Source: Guillardia theta CCMP2712
Lineage: Eukaryota; Protista; Cryptophyta
NCBI RefSeq assembly: GCF_000315625.1
Contig: NW_005434655.1
Span: 190,093 to 254,092 of the forward strand
Direction: 5' to 3'
Length of the DNA: 64,000 nt
Position numbers and translations under genes: made by a program
The notes under the pieces: model-generated
What the model saw: the letters and a program-made list of their open reading frames with translations, nothing else
The model's database searches: none
Told to the model about the DNA's origin: nothing
In this document: positions 48,690 to 61,493 of the stretch, in pieces
Position numbering within the stretch: position 1 is the first letter of the stretch
How the letters are laid out: every line of letters begins with the position of its first letter

Positions 48690-49776
48690 ATGCAGTGCAA
48701 GCGGCCGACAGTACCTGACGATGAAGAACATGGTGAGGAGAGGAGGAGAGGAGGAGAGGAGGAGAGGAGGAGAGGAGGAGAGGGGGAGAGGAGGAGAGGA
48801 GGAGAGGAGGAGAGGAGGAGAGGGGGAGAGGAGGAGAGGAGGACAGAAAAGGTATGTCAGTATCAGATTAAATAGAAATCCTTTCTCATTGCATACCTTT
48901 GCAAACTTCCATTGACTTCGGGCAGAAATAAAGAGGAAGGTGAGCTTGGGGGACCGAGCATTCTTCTACTCACTGTCTTCGCTCCCCATCGATGAAGATC
49001 GGGAGAGAGAGATGGAGAAAGTTCGTCTCCCATGCATGTACACGTGTCCCTTGACCTCGTTTCGACAGATCTCCATGGTGGTGACCGCTGAGTCTTACGG
49101 ATCCGCGCACTGGGACAGGGTGAGCAGAAAGAAGGGAGAGGACGAGTGGAGGGGGAGGGGAAGAGAATGAGAGAGGAGAGAGCGAGGGAGGATAGAGCGA
49201 GGGAGAGAGGGACGGAGGAGAGAGGGAGGGAGGGAGGAGAGATGGAGGAGGGGAGGAGGAATAGGAGCACAGTTTGACCTGCATGCGTGCTCTCTCAGGG
49301 GAGCTACGTGTGCTCGCGGTGCTCCAACGTACTCTTCTCCTCCCAGGACAAGTTCAAGGGCCCCTGCATCTGGCCGAGCTTCAGGAGAGCAGCGAGGGAA
49401 GATTCTGTTGAGGAGAGGGACGCTGCAGGGTACAACGGGTACACGTGTGCGACTGTAGAGCTCTACTGCTATCAGTGCAAGTTGTTCCTGGGGTAAGATA
49501 GCGGAGATGTGTGGGGGGAGGATGAGAACGAGGAGGGGAGGGGAGGGGAGGGGAGGGGAGAGGAGAAGAAAGATGCGATGTGTGGGGAGAGGATGAGAAC
49601 GAGGAGGGAAGGAAAGGGGAGAGAAGGGGAGAGGGGAAGAAAGATGCTTACATGCTTGCAGGCACAAGTTTGAGGATGGGAGAGAAACTGGGGACGAGCA
49701 TGTCGATGCACGGTGGAGATGTTGCATACTGACGCTGTCCCTGTGCTTCCAAGGAGACGAGAGCAGAGAAGGATAA
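48690..49776 (+). CDS. MSRB: Methionine-R-sulfoxide reductase (MsrB/SelR domain); start uncertain
   Basis: GSYVCSRCSNVLFSSQDKFKGPCIWPSF...ELYCYQCKLFLG|HKFEDG...RWRCCILTLSLCF, with two Zn-binding CxxC motifs and GHxF. Confidence 0.85.
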
Positions 49777-50049
49777 GATGATTGAAGAGAAGTGAAAGAA
49801 CAAAGGGATGGAGGTGGGAAGGACTCGACCAAGATATGGTTCTGAATGATGCTACATTACGAGACGAGGAATCATGGGGAGAAGGGGAAAGGGAAAGGAC
49901 AGGAGGAGATGGGCAGTCGGAGGGAGGGAGGGAGGGAGGGAGAAGGCAGGAGCTGGCAAGGACGGGAGAAAATGATAAGGAAGGGAAGAATGGAGGGTGA
50001 GCAAGAGGATAAGTACGAGGAGAGGACTAGGGCGGATGGAAGGAATGAA

Positions 50050-51627
50050 GGCGAGGAGGAGGAGAGTCAGCTGGCTGGACCTGCTTGGTGGAATGCTGTT
50101 GTGCGATTTGCGGACAAGGAACTTCGGGTCCACATGTATCACAAATCGTTTACTCGCGCCATGCGATTACACATCCCAATCCTTCTTGTTCGAAGTGTAG
50201 GGAGACTGAGAAAGAGCAGAGCAGAGCAGAGCAGAGCAGAGAGAAGGAGAGGAGAGGAGAGGGGAGGAGAGTCAGTAAATGTTTGCCAGAAAGCATTCGT
50301 ATTCTCACCCTGGGGAAGCGAAGCTCCTCAAGAGTGAAGAGAGGCTCGTCCGACTTGACCGCGCTGGTCCCTGTCAAAGATGTTAGTTCAACCTCCTCCT
50401 CCTCCTCCTCCTCCTCACCAGAGTTGCTCTTGAGCTTCTCTGTGCCGAACGCCGGGTGCTTCAAGATGTTCTGCCTGCAAGGTCGTCGGCAACAGGAAGC
50501 AGCAGCATGACAGGGCCTCACAGCAGGTAGGTTCCTCTGAGCGCGCTAGTCAGAGGGAGATGCCCCTTCTTGGCATTCTTCAAGTCGTAGACGAACTGCA
50601 GCACAGGGAAAAGTCAGCCCTCCTGCCCCCTGCTCCTTCCTCTCTCCCTCCCTGCTCCTTCCTCCCACCCCCCTTCCTGCTCTCGTTCAGCTCCATCTAC
50701 TCCTTACCTACCCTCTTCCCTCGCCGACTGCGAATCTCTCTTAACTCTGACTCCCACTCCCTCCTCCCTCCTTCGTCCCTGCCCCTCTCTTCATCCTCGT
50801 CGCTCCGTCTACCCTGTCGCCTCGCCTCGCCTGATACCTCCCACCTCCCCATTCCCATTCACTTCCTCTTCTGACCTCGTTGCCTTTGGCTCCGATGGCC
50901 GTCCATCGCTTAAGCGTCCCCGTGCAGCCAGAGCAGATGGCGTCGCATCCCCCACAAGGTCCCTGAGTCCATCCAATCTCCTGCAGAGAGAACCAGCATG
51001 AGTGTGAGGGAGGAGGAGGAAGATAAGGAAGGGAAGAGAAAGGGAGGAGGGAAGGGAGAGTAGAAGCGAGAAACTCTCACACACCTGAACGAACAAGTTG
51101 AAGTCTCCCTTGACCCTGACGGAGTTCCAGATCTGTTTCTGCACGGAGTAGCCGAACTTTCCTTCACTGAACGTCGTCCACAGGCGGTCGATTGTCTTCA
51201 TGTCCTTGGCAGGCAGCTTCGAGGCCTCAGAGAAGTACACGAATCCCCTTTTCCTAGTATTCTCCCCACCAATCCAAATCAGCATGTCACGGGTGATCTG
51301 GTCGGCCTCCTCCCACTGCCCGAGCTTCAGGGCCGTCAGGAGCGGGACGTAGTCAGCGCCGCACTCAGTCTCGATGACGGGGTCAGCGATCTCCTTCATG
51401 GCGTCCCCCGCCGCCTTGGTCTCAGTTGCGACGCTGGGCTTGCTCTCCGTCTTGTCCACCGCCATGGTCATGGCATAGTGCGTCCTCAGCGAGGGAGTCC
51501 TGACGTCCTGAGGACGGATGGACGCTGCCTGCTGCCTGCTGAGGGAGTGCACGACAGGAGAGCTCAGGGAGAAGCCATGAGCGGAAGCTGAGAGGGCAAG
51601 CACGCAGAAGGAACGGAGCATCCACAT
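50050..51627 (-). CDS. GUN4: GUN4 tetrapyrrole-binding protein, plastid-targeted; 3' end approximate
   Basis: Signal peptide MWMLRSFCVLALSASAHG-F plus transit-like region. GUN4 core DYVPL...WEEADQIT...VYFSE...DMKTIDRLW...SEGKFGYSVQKQIW...IGW...GHLPLTSALRG...ILKHPAF. Confidence 0.93.
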
Positions 51628-53333
51628 TCTTCGATCCACGGCCTCGACGGGAACTTTGGGTGACTGGAGTGACTGGGGAGGGGGGGGAAGAGGATGCTGC
51701 CTCTTTCCTTGGGATCAGATACAGCTACTGCTCGGTCAGCGGACCTGCACACCAAGAAAGACATCAGTTCCCGTACCCCGCATGCAGCCCTTGTCTTGCT
51801 CGCAGGCGAGCAACGTGCTGCTCACATGACCCCTCCCGCACCATCTCTATGAAACTAACAAGCTAGAAATCTCAACTACTTGATCACCACCGCCATCATC
51901 ATCATCATCGTGGCCACCATCACCGTTATCTTCATCGTCGTCTTCATTCAGCTACACTAGCAGCAGGAAAACTACTCTAACATCCATCACCATCACCACC
52001 ATCAATCTTGCAGGCGGAGATTGCATACGAAGTAGTTGAGAGAGCCTTTTCGGACTGACTACGCCCTAACGAACTTCTCACTGAAGACATCCTGACTCAT
52101 CTTGCACAGCTGTATCAATAGCTTGATCCTGGTTTACATTGCTCCATCTCTTGCCCTGGTGCATCCTTTGCGTTCGATCTGTTGTCAGGCTGCTTTCGTG
52201 CCTACCACTTCCTCACTCCTTTCTTCATCCACATGGATCTTCAGCTTCCTTTCAACTGCTTCTTCCTGTCGATCGGATTCTTTCTGAATTGTTTTTCATC
52301 TCTTTTGATGTATCCTCTTCTTTCCTCAACCCCTGCACATCCACAATCATCCCTTGCATCCTAGCAACAGCGTCAACTACACCTCTCAACTTGTCGCCGA
52401 AGCTCATGCCAAGATTGTATCACCAACTTTTTGCTGATGCATCGTACACCTGTCCTCTCTTCAATGCATCTCCTCCCCTTCATCTTCTCGCTACATGGTT
52501 CACACTTCGCTCCTCTCCTCTCTCCCTGCCATCCTCTAACAGGAGCATCGAAAGGGGCCGCCTGCTCAGATCCACCCCCCACCCCCCTTTGCTCCTGCGA
52601 AGTGCTTAGAAAGAGGGGTGGGGACCGGGTGGGTGCAGATGATTGAGATGATTCTCGTGCAGGGTAGTCAAAGTCCTGAATTGTTAAAGTATATGTTTCA
52701 AGCATCAACTTATTTACGAATTATTGACTATGAAATTTAGTAATGATGTTGAAAAGATACCCTCGGCGCAAAATATTTTTAACCTGTCAGGGGTCGAGGC
52801 CAAGGTCACAATATAAATGCAAACCATATTTATACATAATTATACATAATTATGATCTTTTCACCATAAACATCGAGTTGTGACCCAAGGTTGCCCCGGT
52901 CACGTTACTGGCATGGCCCGCCGGCGGTGACAGCGCGGGGATGTGGCCCGAACAGATGAACTTCGCGCCCGCCTCAGTGATCCTTATTCAGATGTGCTGT
53001 AGATTGTGGAGTAAACTATAAATGCAGAACGGTAGATCTATAAATTTGCTATAAAGTGTGCGACACTTCGGTGGAATTACATGGAATTCCGTGCATGTTT
53101 ATTGGAGGTTTGCAGCAGACATGCAATAAATCTGTTGATTCCAGAAGGATCTGCTATGGAATGGTCCTTTCTTTTTGTTCGATGACACACAATAAAATTT
53201 AACATTCTATACATTTCCTATAAACTTTCCCTTGCCAACTTCTCCCGCCTAGTTTGCCAGCGAATGCGCAGGAGCAGGAGCAGCGGCAGGAGCAGCGGCA
53301 GGGGCAGCGGCAGGGGCAGCGGCAGGGGCAGAG

Positions 53334-53412
<79 letters not shown>

Positions 53413-53805
53413 GAAAGGGTGACATGGTTTGAGGTTTGGTTCTAATCTCGCTAGCATCACCCCCAGCATCTAAAACGCAATCTCCGTCATCACCATTACC
53501 ATCACGCACACATTCAGCATGATCTTGGCCAAAGTCTGATTTAAACACACATCACATCATCAGAGTTGTAGTCCTTCAGCAGGTATCTTGGGTGAGATGC
53601 ATGGAGTCGGTGAGATTGTTCTAGAAACCTAAGTCACGATAAGCGAGCAGAGGCTCTGCCGCCCCTCATTGTTGCAGATGGAAGGAGAAAGGGGTGTCTG
53701 AACAGAGCAAGATGTTGAGCAGAGCATGAGTGTTGCTTCTGAAGAACGATATGCTGTCCTTGATACCTCCCTTGACATGTATTGCTGAAGACAGGCAGCA
53801 AAATC

Positions 53806-56360
53806 ATGACGGCGAATCCAGAGAAGATCCTGCTCGAACAGGCTGTGGAGATCCTGAGGTCTCGTTACCCGGAGCTCGACTCCATCGTCCTCGGATCCTT
53901 CGCGCCAGGAAGGGTGAACGTCATTGGAGAGCACACGGACTACAACGAAGGTTTCGTGTTTCCTATGTGCCTCGAGCTCGGGACGGTAGTCGTGGGAGGA
54001 CGGGTCCCCAGTGGCCCCTGCAGGTTGTACTCTGCGTCCAAGGACTTGGAGTTCACCTTCGACCTTGACAACGTCAAGGCGATCGCAGAGGATGAGAAGG
54101 GAGAGTGGACGAGCTACATCCGAGGTGCGGTCGCGAAATTCATGGAGGGCTATGAAGAGGAAACCAAGACTAAGCTGCCTCCGACGAGTTTCGTGGGCGT
54201 GATCGGTGAGGGCTCCATTACTGAACGTGCCGATCCCTTTCCCTTCCTTCTAAAGATCTGTTGAGAGACTCTGATGCTGTTCCTCCTCCTCCTCACCCCC
54301 CAATCCGCCATTCTTCTGATCATTTGCGTTGATTCGCAGTTGGTAACATCCCATGTGGCGGGGGCGTCAGCAGCTCCGCCTCGCTGGAGGTTGCGGTGAT
54401 GACGTTTGTTGAGGAGCTGTTCAACTATCGGTTTGAGGAGGACAAGAAGGCAAGGTTGTGTCAGGCAGCAGAGCGCGAGTTTGCCGACGTCCCATGCGGC
54501 ATCATGGACCAGCTGATCTCCGTCAAGGGCAAGCACGGGAGCGCGCTCTTTGTTGACTGCCGCTCCCTGGAGACAGTCGCGGTCCCATTGGGGTCAGGGG
54601 ACATGAAGGTGCTGGTCACCAACTCCATGGTGAAGCATGACCTGCACGGTAGCGAGTATCCTGCTCGAGTGCGGCAGTGCAAGGAGAGTCTGGAAGCGAT
54701 CAAGAAGCACTTCGGGGTGGAGAAGGCGTTCCTGCGTGATGTGTCGAAAGAGGAGGTGGAGGAGGCGTTCAAGGCCGGGCACATGAGCGACCTTGCATAC
54801 AAGCGCGCCCTCCATGTCGTGACTGAGAACCAGAGAACGCAGGAGGCCATGCGAGCCTGCAAGAACAAGGACTGGACGTCCCTCGGGAGGCTGATGAATG
54901 AGAGTCACGACAGTCTGCGCGACAACTACCAGGTGAGCTGCCCGGAGCTGGACGCGCTCGTGGACATGGCCCGGAGCATGGAGGGCGTGCTCGGGTCCCG
55001 CATGACGGGTGCTGGTTTTGGAGGATGTATCGTTTCGTTGGTGCGAGAAAGCAGCGTGGACAGAGTTAAGGAGGAGCTGACGAGGGGGTACAAAGAGAAG
55101 TTCCAGCGCGAGTGTATCCATATCGTGTCGGAAGCAGGAGCAGGAGCAAGGCGGGTCGAAATGTCTCTCTTCTATCCTCAGCAGCATGGTCACGAGTGCA
55201 TCCTGCAAGCAAACCTTCTCAAGGCGCAGGGGAACAAGTACATTGCGCAAGGAGAGACGAAGAAGGCGCTGGAGCGATACAACCGAATACCGCTTGCGAT
55301 CAAAGGGCTCGTAAAGAACAACAAGTCAGAAGGGGGGATGTCAGCCCTTGGAATGCCCAAGAACAAGGACGAGGAGGCCTTGACAGAGCAGCAGAGGGAA
55401 GAGGTACATGCTTGACCAAGGAAGAGCTTCATCCTCTGACATGCTGGAGTGCAGGTGAACAAGTTGTGGCAGCAGGCAAGGGACCTTTCCTCCTATCCTT
55501 CTCCATGTGACGTTTGCGTTGTCAGTGCCATATGAATCGAGCTCTGTGCTACGTCAAGCTGGAGAACTGGGAGAAGGGTATAGATGCCTGTAACGAGGTC
55601 AGTCTCTTCGCCTTCTGACTGCGTATGCTCATCCTCCTCCCCTTCAGGCTCTCAACTCAGGATCGGACGAATTCAAGACAAGGTGGGCTGCTTCTTGCTT
55701 CCTTGCTTCCTTGCTTCCTTGCTTCCTTGCTTCCTTCATCCCCCTCCTCCTCTTGCCCCTTCGTCTGCTCGCCTCTTGATCTTCTCTCATCCTCGATCTA
55801 GGTTGCGTCGAGGCAAGTGCTATCGTAAGGTTGGAGAGTTGGAAAAGGTACTTTGCTGCCACGTCGTTTTCCTTTCCCAACCCCTCTGGTCATTCCCTAA
55901 CTTTAACCTGACTCAAAATGCCTGTCTTTCTGCCCACACCTCCCTTCTTCTCATACTCCCTATACGTTTGTTTCTCTGATCTCCCCTTCTTCCTCGTCCT
56001 GCTTGTCTGTCCCATCTCTGGGATTCTCAACTTCTCTCAACATCAGACTCCGGCTCTTCCACCGCTCCTCTCCTCTCACCCGCTGTCCTTCCCAACGATA
56101 TCGTGGAGTGACTTGGCGCAGGCACGAATGGATCTCGAGTACGTGCTGAGCGTCGATCCGGCAGAGAAGTCAGCGCTGGTGCGGCAGTTGAGAGGGTCAA
56201 GGGAGCAGCTGCTGACCTACTGCAGGTCGAGATGAAGGAGCTTGAGAAGAGGCAGAAAGTGCAAGGTAGGAGGAAGGAGTCTGTAAGAGATGTGTGGGTG
56301 ACTTGTCGTGTTCACACAGACATCAACGCAAAGAGAACGTTCGCCAAGATGTTCGGATAA
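53806..56360 (+). CDS. GALK: Galactokinase fused to a C-terminal TPR domain
   Basis: APGRVNVIGEHTDYN, NIPCGGGVSSSAS, CGIMDQ and SRMTGAGFGGC. The same ORF continues into LKAQGNKY..ALERY..HMNRALCYVKLENW..RRGKCY..ARMDL..TFAKMFG*. Confidence 0.92.
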
Positions 56361-56605
56361 GGCTTGGGAAACGTCTTGCCATGAAGCGGCCAGGTATCCA
56401 GCATAATGCCCGATTCATTAAACTCAAGTGAACGATACAACGACCTCTTCGCTTCTCCCAGCTGCACTCCAGCTCGCGCAGGTTCAGCGCGCAGGGGCCC
56501 CCACGGGCGGACCCGAGAGCCCAACAATTCTCCTCCTGGTCTCTTCAAATCTCAAATCTTCCACCTCCAATCCTTCAACCTCGTATCCACAGCCCTCCCT
56601 ATCCC

Positions 56606-58780
56606 TCATCCTGCCGTCTCTGGTTCGACATTCTTGTCTGCGCCTGCAGCGGCAGCTGGAGATTTCAGCCGTTTGAGCAGCTGAAGTTCCTGCTGCACTA
56701 GGGTGAGGCTCGCTTGCAGACGTTGAACCTCCTTCTCGGCCTTGAGCGCCCGTTGGTGGAGCTTGACGACTGACTTTGACTCCAACCCAAGTTCCATCAG
56801 GTTGCCCAGGTCTCGCTGCTCGCAGCGAGGAATCACGCGCAAGCAAGCGACAGACTCGTTCCTGATAAGACCGAAGAGGAGCGGATGCCTCACGATGTCG
56901 CTGGCGGACGGCCGATTCATAGGGTTGGGGTCGAGGAGAGATTGGATGAGCGCCTGGAAGGGAGGAGAAAGAGAGGGAGGGAAGTCCACCTTGCCATCTC
57001 GAATTCTGTGATAGTCCGAACCTTCTGTGGGCAACGGTGTTACAGACGCTAACTCGACGACAGAAACTCCCAGCGCCTGAAGAAGCAGGTCACAAGGTCA
57101 AGTCTCAACGTCAGGAGAAACTTACAAAGATGTCAGCCTTGAACAGATCGCAAGACTCACTGTGCTGCAGCATTTCTCTACTCAGGTAGCGCTTGTCGCC
57201 CTCTTCATCGTGTGTTCTCAGGTCGGCACTGCATGCTAACCCGAGATCTCCGAGCTTGAACATTCCTCTTTCAGTGGTGTAAATATTTTCGGGCTTCACA
57301 TCAAGGTGTGCTATCTTATGGGAATGCATGTATGCAAGTCCTGTAGCAACTTGCACCAAAAAGTCCTTCAGATATTCTTCATGGAGAGGTCCATTCTTTT
57401 GGCGAACATGCGCCACAGTTCCTTGGCATAATTCTGTTTGTATGTACAACTTGTTATCTTGTTCCCAAGCATTGAAATATCTGACGACATGAACGTTGTC
57501 TCCTTGAGTTGACAATGCATAAATCTCACGAAGCAATCTCTCCCTTTCTCTCTCATTTTTAAATTCTCGTATTTCCTTCACAGCATATTTGCACAAATCA
57601 ATCTTCCTGGTGCAACTGTAAACTTTTCCGAAACAGCCACTTCCAATTTCTTTAAAGTCACAGAAGTCATTGAGAAAGGACCGAAGGGTAAGAGGTGATG
57701 AGGTGAACGGGGTGGCTTCAGTGTATGGAGAATACCGAGAGCTGAAGGGGTTCTGCCTGAGTCTATTCCCAGCAACATCCTGCATCATCTGACCGCGATG
57801 CGTGCTTGTATCGGGAACTGGCGCACTTTGACGCCTTGTAGACGAAGTTGGGACTTGCCATGTATTGTTCACAGCATTGACCACGTCACTGCCAGCTGGT
57901 TTGGAATTCTCTGCATCATGCACTCCAGGAATGAAAAGTCTCTGTGGGTGTAGGGGAGAGTCGGAGTGAGAGGGAGATGGTGGGCGAAAACGCCTGATGG
58001 CATTTGCTGTCTGCATCGTGCTGAGCATCGAACTGTTGTTTCCTGAACCCGATGAGGTGTCAAGGCTCGATCCCGGCGAGGATTTCTGTTCGAGATGCTT
58101 TTTGCCACGTCTTGAGTCTGGCGAGGACAAGACGACGTGGCGATGCCTGCGGTTCGGGGAAGGAGAGTTGGAGGAGTCCAGCGTATCGATCTGAGCTGCA
58201 TGATGGCCGTTGGGAGACACGTTGCCTGACTCGAACCTCTCCTCAGTGCTGAGGTCAGAGCCGATGAAGTTGCCATCCGACGCTCCACTCAGGTCGAGCA
58301 TACCGAGGGACAGTCGACCTCCCTCCCCCAAGATGGATGAAGACTCTCCCTTGTCGCTCGAGATCTGGTCGAATCGGAACAGCTCTCCACTGGTCCAGTT
58401 GACGTCTGAGAGCCGTGTTAGTGCAATGCTACGAGGAAATGACGTAAATTTGCCTTCAGGGTCTTCACCGTACGGTGCGATTCCCGACTCAAAGTCTCTC
58501 CTGAGCTTTTTCCATGGAGATCTTGGTGGCAGAGGAGCTGGAAAAGGAGACATGGCCATATCCTGCCCCAATTCTAGTTAGAAGGATTCCTGACAAAGAA
58601 CTAGCGGGCAAACGCACCTCCAATCCACCTCGCCCTTCAGGTATAGGAGTTCGCAGATCAGATGGAGAGTCCATGATCATGTGGTCATTGTACGGTGAAG
58701 AGGAGACGTCTCCTTCTTCATTAAAATGTTCCTTGGGGATACTTACAAACATGATGCACGGCAAGTTCTGAAGGTGTGCG
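56606..58780 (-). CDS. WEE1: WEE1-family protein kinase; further 5' exons likely up to ~59000
   Basis: IGSGCFGKV, YAVK, REIYAL, HVVRYFNAWE, HLDVKPENI, KLGDLG, EEGDKRY, KADIFALG and LPTEGSDYHRIRDG, with a long S/P-rich N-terminus. Confidence 0.92.
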
Positions 58781-59989
58781 ATCTGTCACAAGCACTGACA
58801 CAGCTCAGAGGACTACCCAGTGGCCAGGGCGCGGGGCCACCTGATACCAACGAAAACAAGTGAGACAGGGCAAGAAAGGGAGCTCAGTCGTAATATCTTG
58901 ATACACTAACATCGTTTCTGGTGTGTTTGTTCAAGCTTTGCGGGCGTATGCAGCACATCACGTTGAGAAAAATCAAATTGGTTCGAAATGGCGTGTGTCC
59001 ATTGCAACCATGAGGCGGCCCTTCTGAAAAATGCAGACACAAGAAAACCGAACGAAACGGATGAGATAGAATGAGAGCAGCAAATCAATGGATGTGCCTA
59101 CTGTCAGAAGAACCCCTCCTCCTCGTCCTGCATCCTCAGCAGGGACAAACCTCTCCACTTGCCACTTTCCTCCGTCTCCTCCAAGACATCTCCCCCGAGA
59201 TCATCCTCATCACCACTGATCTACAACTCTCCTCCTCCTGGATTTTCTGTTTTCTCCTGCTTCTTGCTCCCTGCCGCTCTTCCTTTCTCATCCCCCCACT
59301 GATGCCATTGGCTTCTGCCCGTCCCCGCCATCTCCACGCCTCCGGAACCCACCCCTACCCTTCGAGCCCCCACCCCCATTGATTTTCAAGTCCCGAATAC
59401 CACCATGTAAAAAGTGATTGGATCTGACCCCTACCTCATATTAAATTGACCCTACCTCAATATTTAACAAAATTGAATAACAAACCGGTACTTTAAAGAG
59501 TATTTTTGAGATTTTAAGGGGGTACTGTGATCTTGTACCGGTCATGAAATATATTGCACCCTAGAATTCACAACAGGTACCCCACCATCACCCCGTCAAC
59601 TTATTAAATTCTATCCTCCACCCCCAGCAAACATACCACCCCAGGTGATTAGTATTTGCTACCCTCTCCCTCCGATACGGCCTTCTCCACCACTTCATTA
59701 CCCTACCCCTGTATATTACTTTTCATCAGGGAAAAGTACCCGGTTCTAGGTGACGACCATCTACTACCCCACCCATCCTTCGTTTCCCTCCAAGCTGTCG
59801 AGACGCCACAGCCAGGTTCCTTTAAAATATTATTCATTGTTTTAGAGATATAAAATATTCTTCAGGTACGGCAAATATCTGAAAAACAATTATTATTCGT
59901 TGGCATCAGACATCCGCCAGGACAAAATCAGAGAAAACTAAAATCCAAATTTTAACTTAAAAACCAAAATAAAAGTCTAGTACAAATCG

Positions 59990-60260
59990 AGCCCGGGCAA
60001 CCGGGCCGGGCCCGGCCGGGCCCGGTGACCCGTCACCCGTGACCCGGATGATATCTTTTTTTCAGCGGCTGGTGCAGTGCCGGAAAAATGTTGCCCGCTG
60101 GCATGATGGCAGCACTGCCGGGCATGCTGTCGGACGGTTCTAACATTAGTCAGTGACCGACTGAGTAGTGGCTGCCAGGATCAGTGACTGCTCAGCTCAG
60201 CGGCTCCCTGCGAGTCAGCCGACGGACCGTACCATCCGGCGGCGTCGGACTCTCATCGCC
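59990..60260. repeat. GC-rich palindromic intergenic block
   Basis: Perfect 20-bp palindrome ccgggcccggccgggcccgg at 60006-60025, followed by ggtgacccgtcacc. Confidence 0.55.
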
Positions 60261-60406
60261 TCAGGCTGCTGCACCAGGCTGCCTGCATCTCCTTCCCCTA
60301 CGATATCTACCAGCCCTCAGTTTTCGGTTAAAGTTTTACGCCGGTAGCTCGCCCTCTCCGGCGAATCTGCCGCTACTCCGTCGCCGTCTGCCAGCCCACC
60401 TTCGCA

Positions 60407-61352
60407 ATGCGTCGACGACAACGGACTGTCAGTGTGGTCCAGCAACCGTACCACTGCAAGCTCCCGGTAATGTTTGGCATGCCGCTCCTGATCATCCTCC
60501 ACCTTCATGGTGTCAGCGGCACCAGTACGACCAACATCTGTCAGTGCCCTTTGAATTGGAATCCGGTGTGTGGAACTGGCGTGGTCGCGCCCAAAGTGAC
60601 CTTCGTGAACGAGTGGTGAGATGAGATTTCATGTATCAACCATGTTGGATCTTTGACCGTGAGTTGCAGTTTCTCCAAGTGCTCCTGTTCTTTCGCTGAG
60701 CGGAGTACGTGTGATGTGATGCAGGGAGAGTGTCCGCTTGTAAACCAGAGCAAGGCGTGCCCCAACCTTCCCTTGAATCTGGACATCTCCTCCGCATACC
60801 TTGAGTGGTCCAAAAATCCAAGCACGTTCAATCTGGTGGTGGACGTACGGACAGCTGAGGAGTACGTAGGGGAATCAAAGAACAACAAGATTGGTCACAT
60901 CCCAGATGCAATCCTTGTCGAGTCTCTGGTCGACAATCCTTCGGCTGCCGACATGCTGCTTCCTTGCAAGAATGTTGCCATGCTCGTGGTTTGCCGGACT
61001 GGTGTACGGTCGTTGGCAGCTGCCGATATCTTGCGACAGAAAGGGTACCCCTGCGTGTTCAACATGGATGGAGGCACACTAGCATGGAGCCAAGCAGGAT
61101 TTCCAACAGTGAAGGGGATTTCAAACACCACCAGCGTTCTTGCCAGTTGCAACCAACCAGGACAACATGTCTGGAGTCAATCCAAAGGTGCTGGAGCTGT
61201 GGTTGGTGGGATGTGGGTCGAGGAGGGTCGGTACCGCTTACTGTCTTCGGTCTAATCCATTCTTTTTCACAGGTCAGAAGATTGGAGCCAACCGCATGAT
61301 TGGGCTGTTCTCCGGATTTCTAGTGCTCTGGAAGATCCTACTTCTTTTGTAA
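60407..61352 (+). CDS. Secreted Kazal-like domain + rhodanese protein with hydrophobic (GPI-like) C-terminus
   Basis: Exons 60407-60615, 60670-61187 and 61273-61352. CQCPLNWNPVCG..TFVNEC..C..GEC, then VVDVRTAEEY..GHIPDA..VCRTGVRS..MDGGTLAW, ending MIGLFSGFLVLWKILLLL*. Confidence 0.85.
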
Positions 61353-61493
61353 GCTGGAAGATGTTCAGTTTCTCATTGCATTGAAAGGGTCGTGACAACT
61401 TTTTGGTTTGTTGGATTTTAAAGAAAAAATAGATTGAAAACGTGTAACTGTGCCGCAAACACTCGCAAAACATCAGCATTCGTTGAGTGAGTC

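Noticed and set aside
51990-52460. Charged coiled-coil-like reading on the - strand
   Set aside because: Multiple stops and no identifiable parent; too weak even for a pseudogene call.
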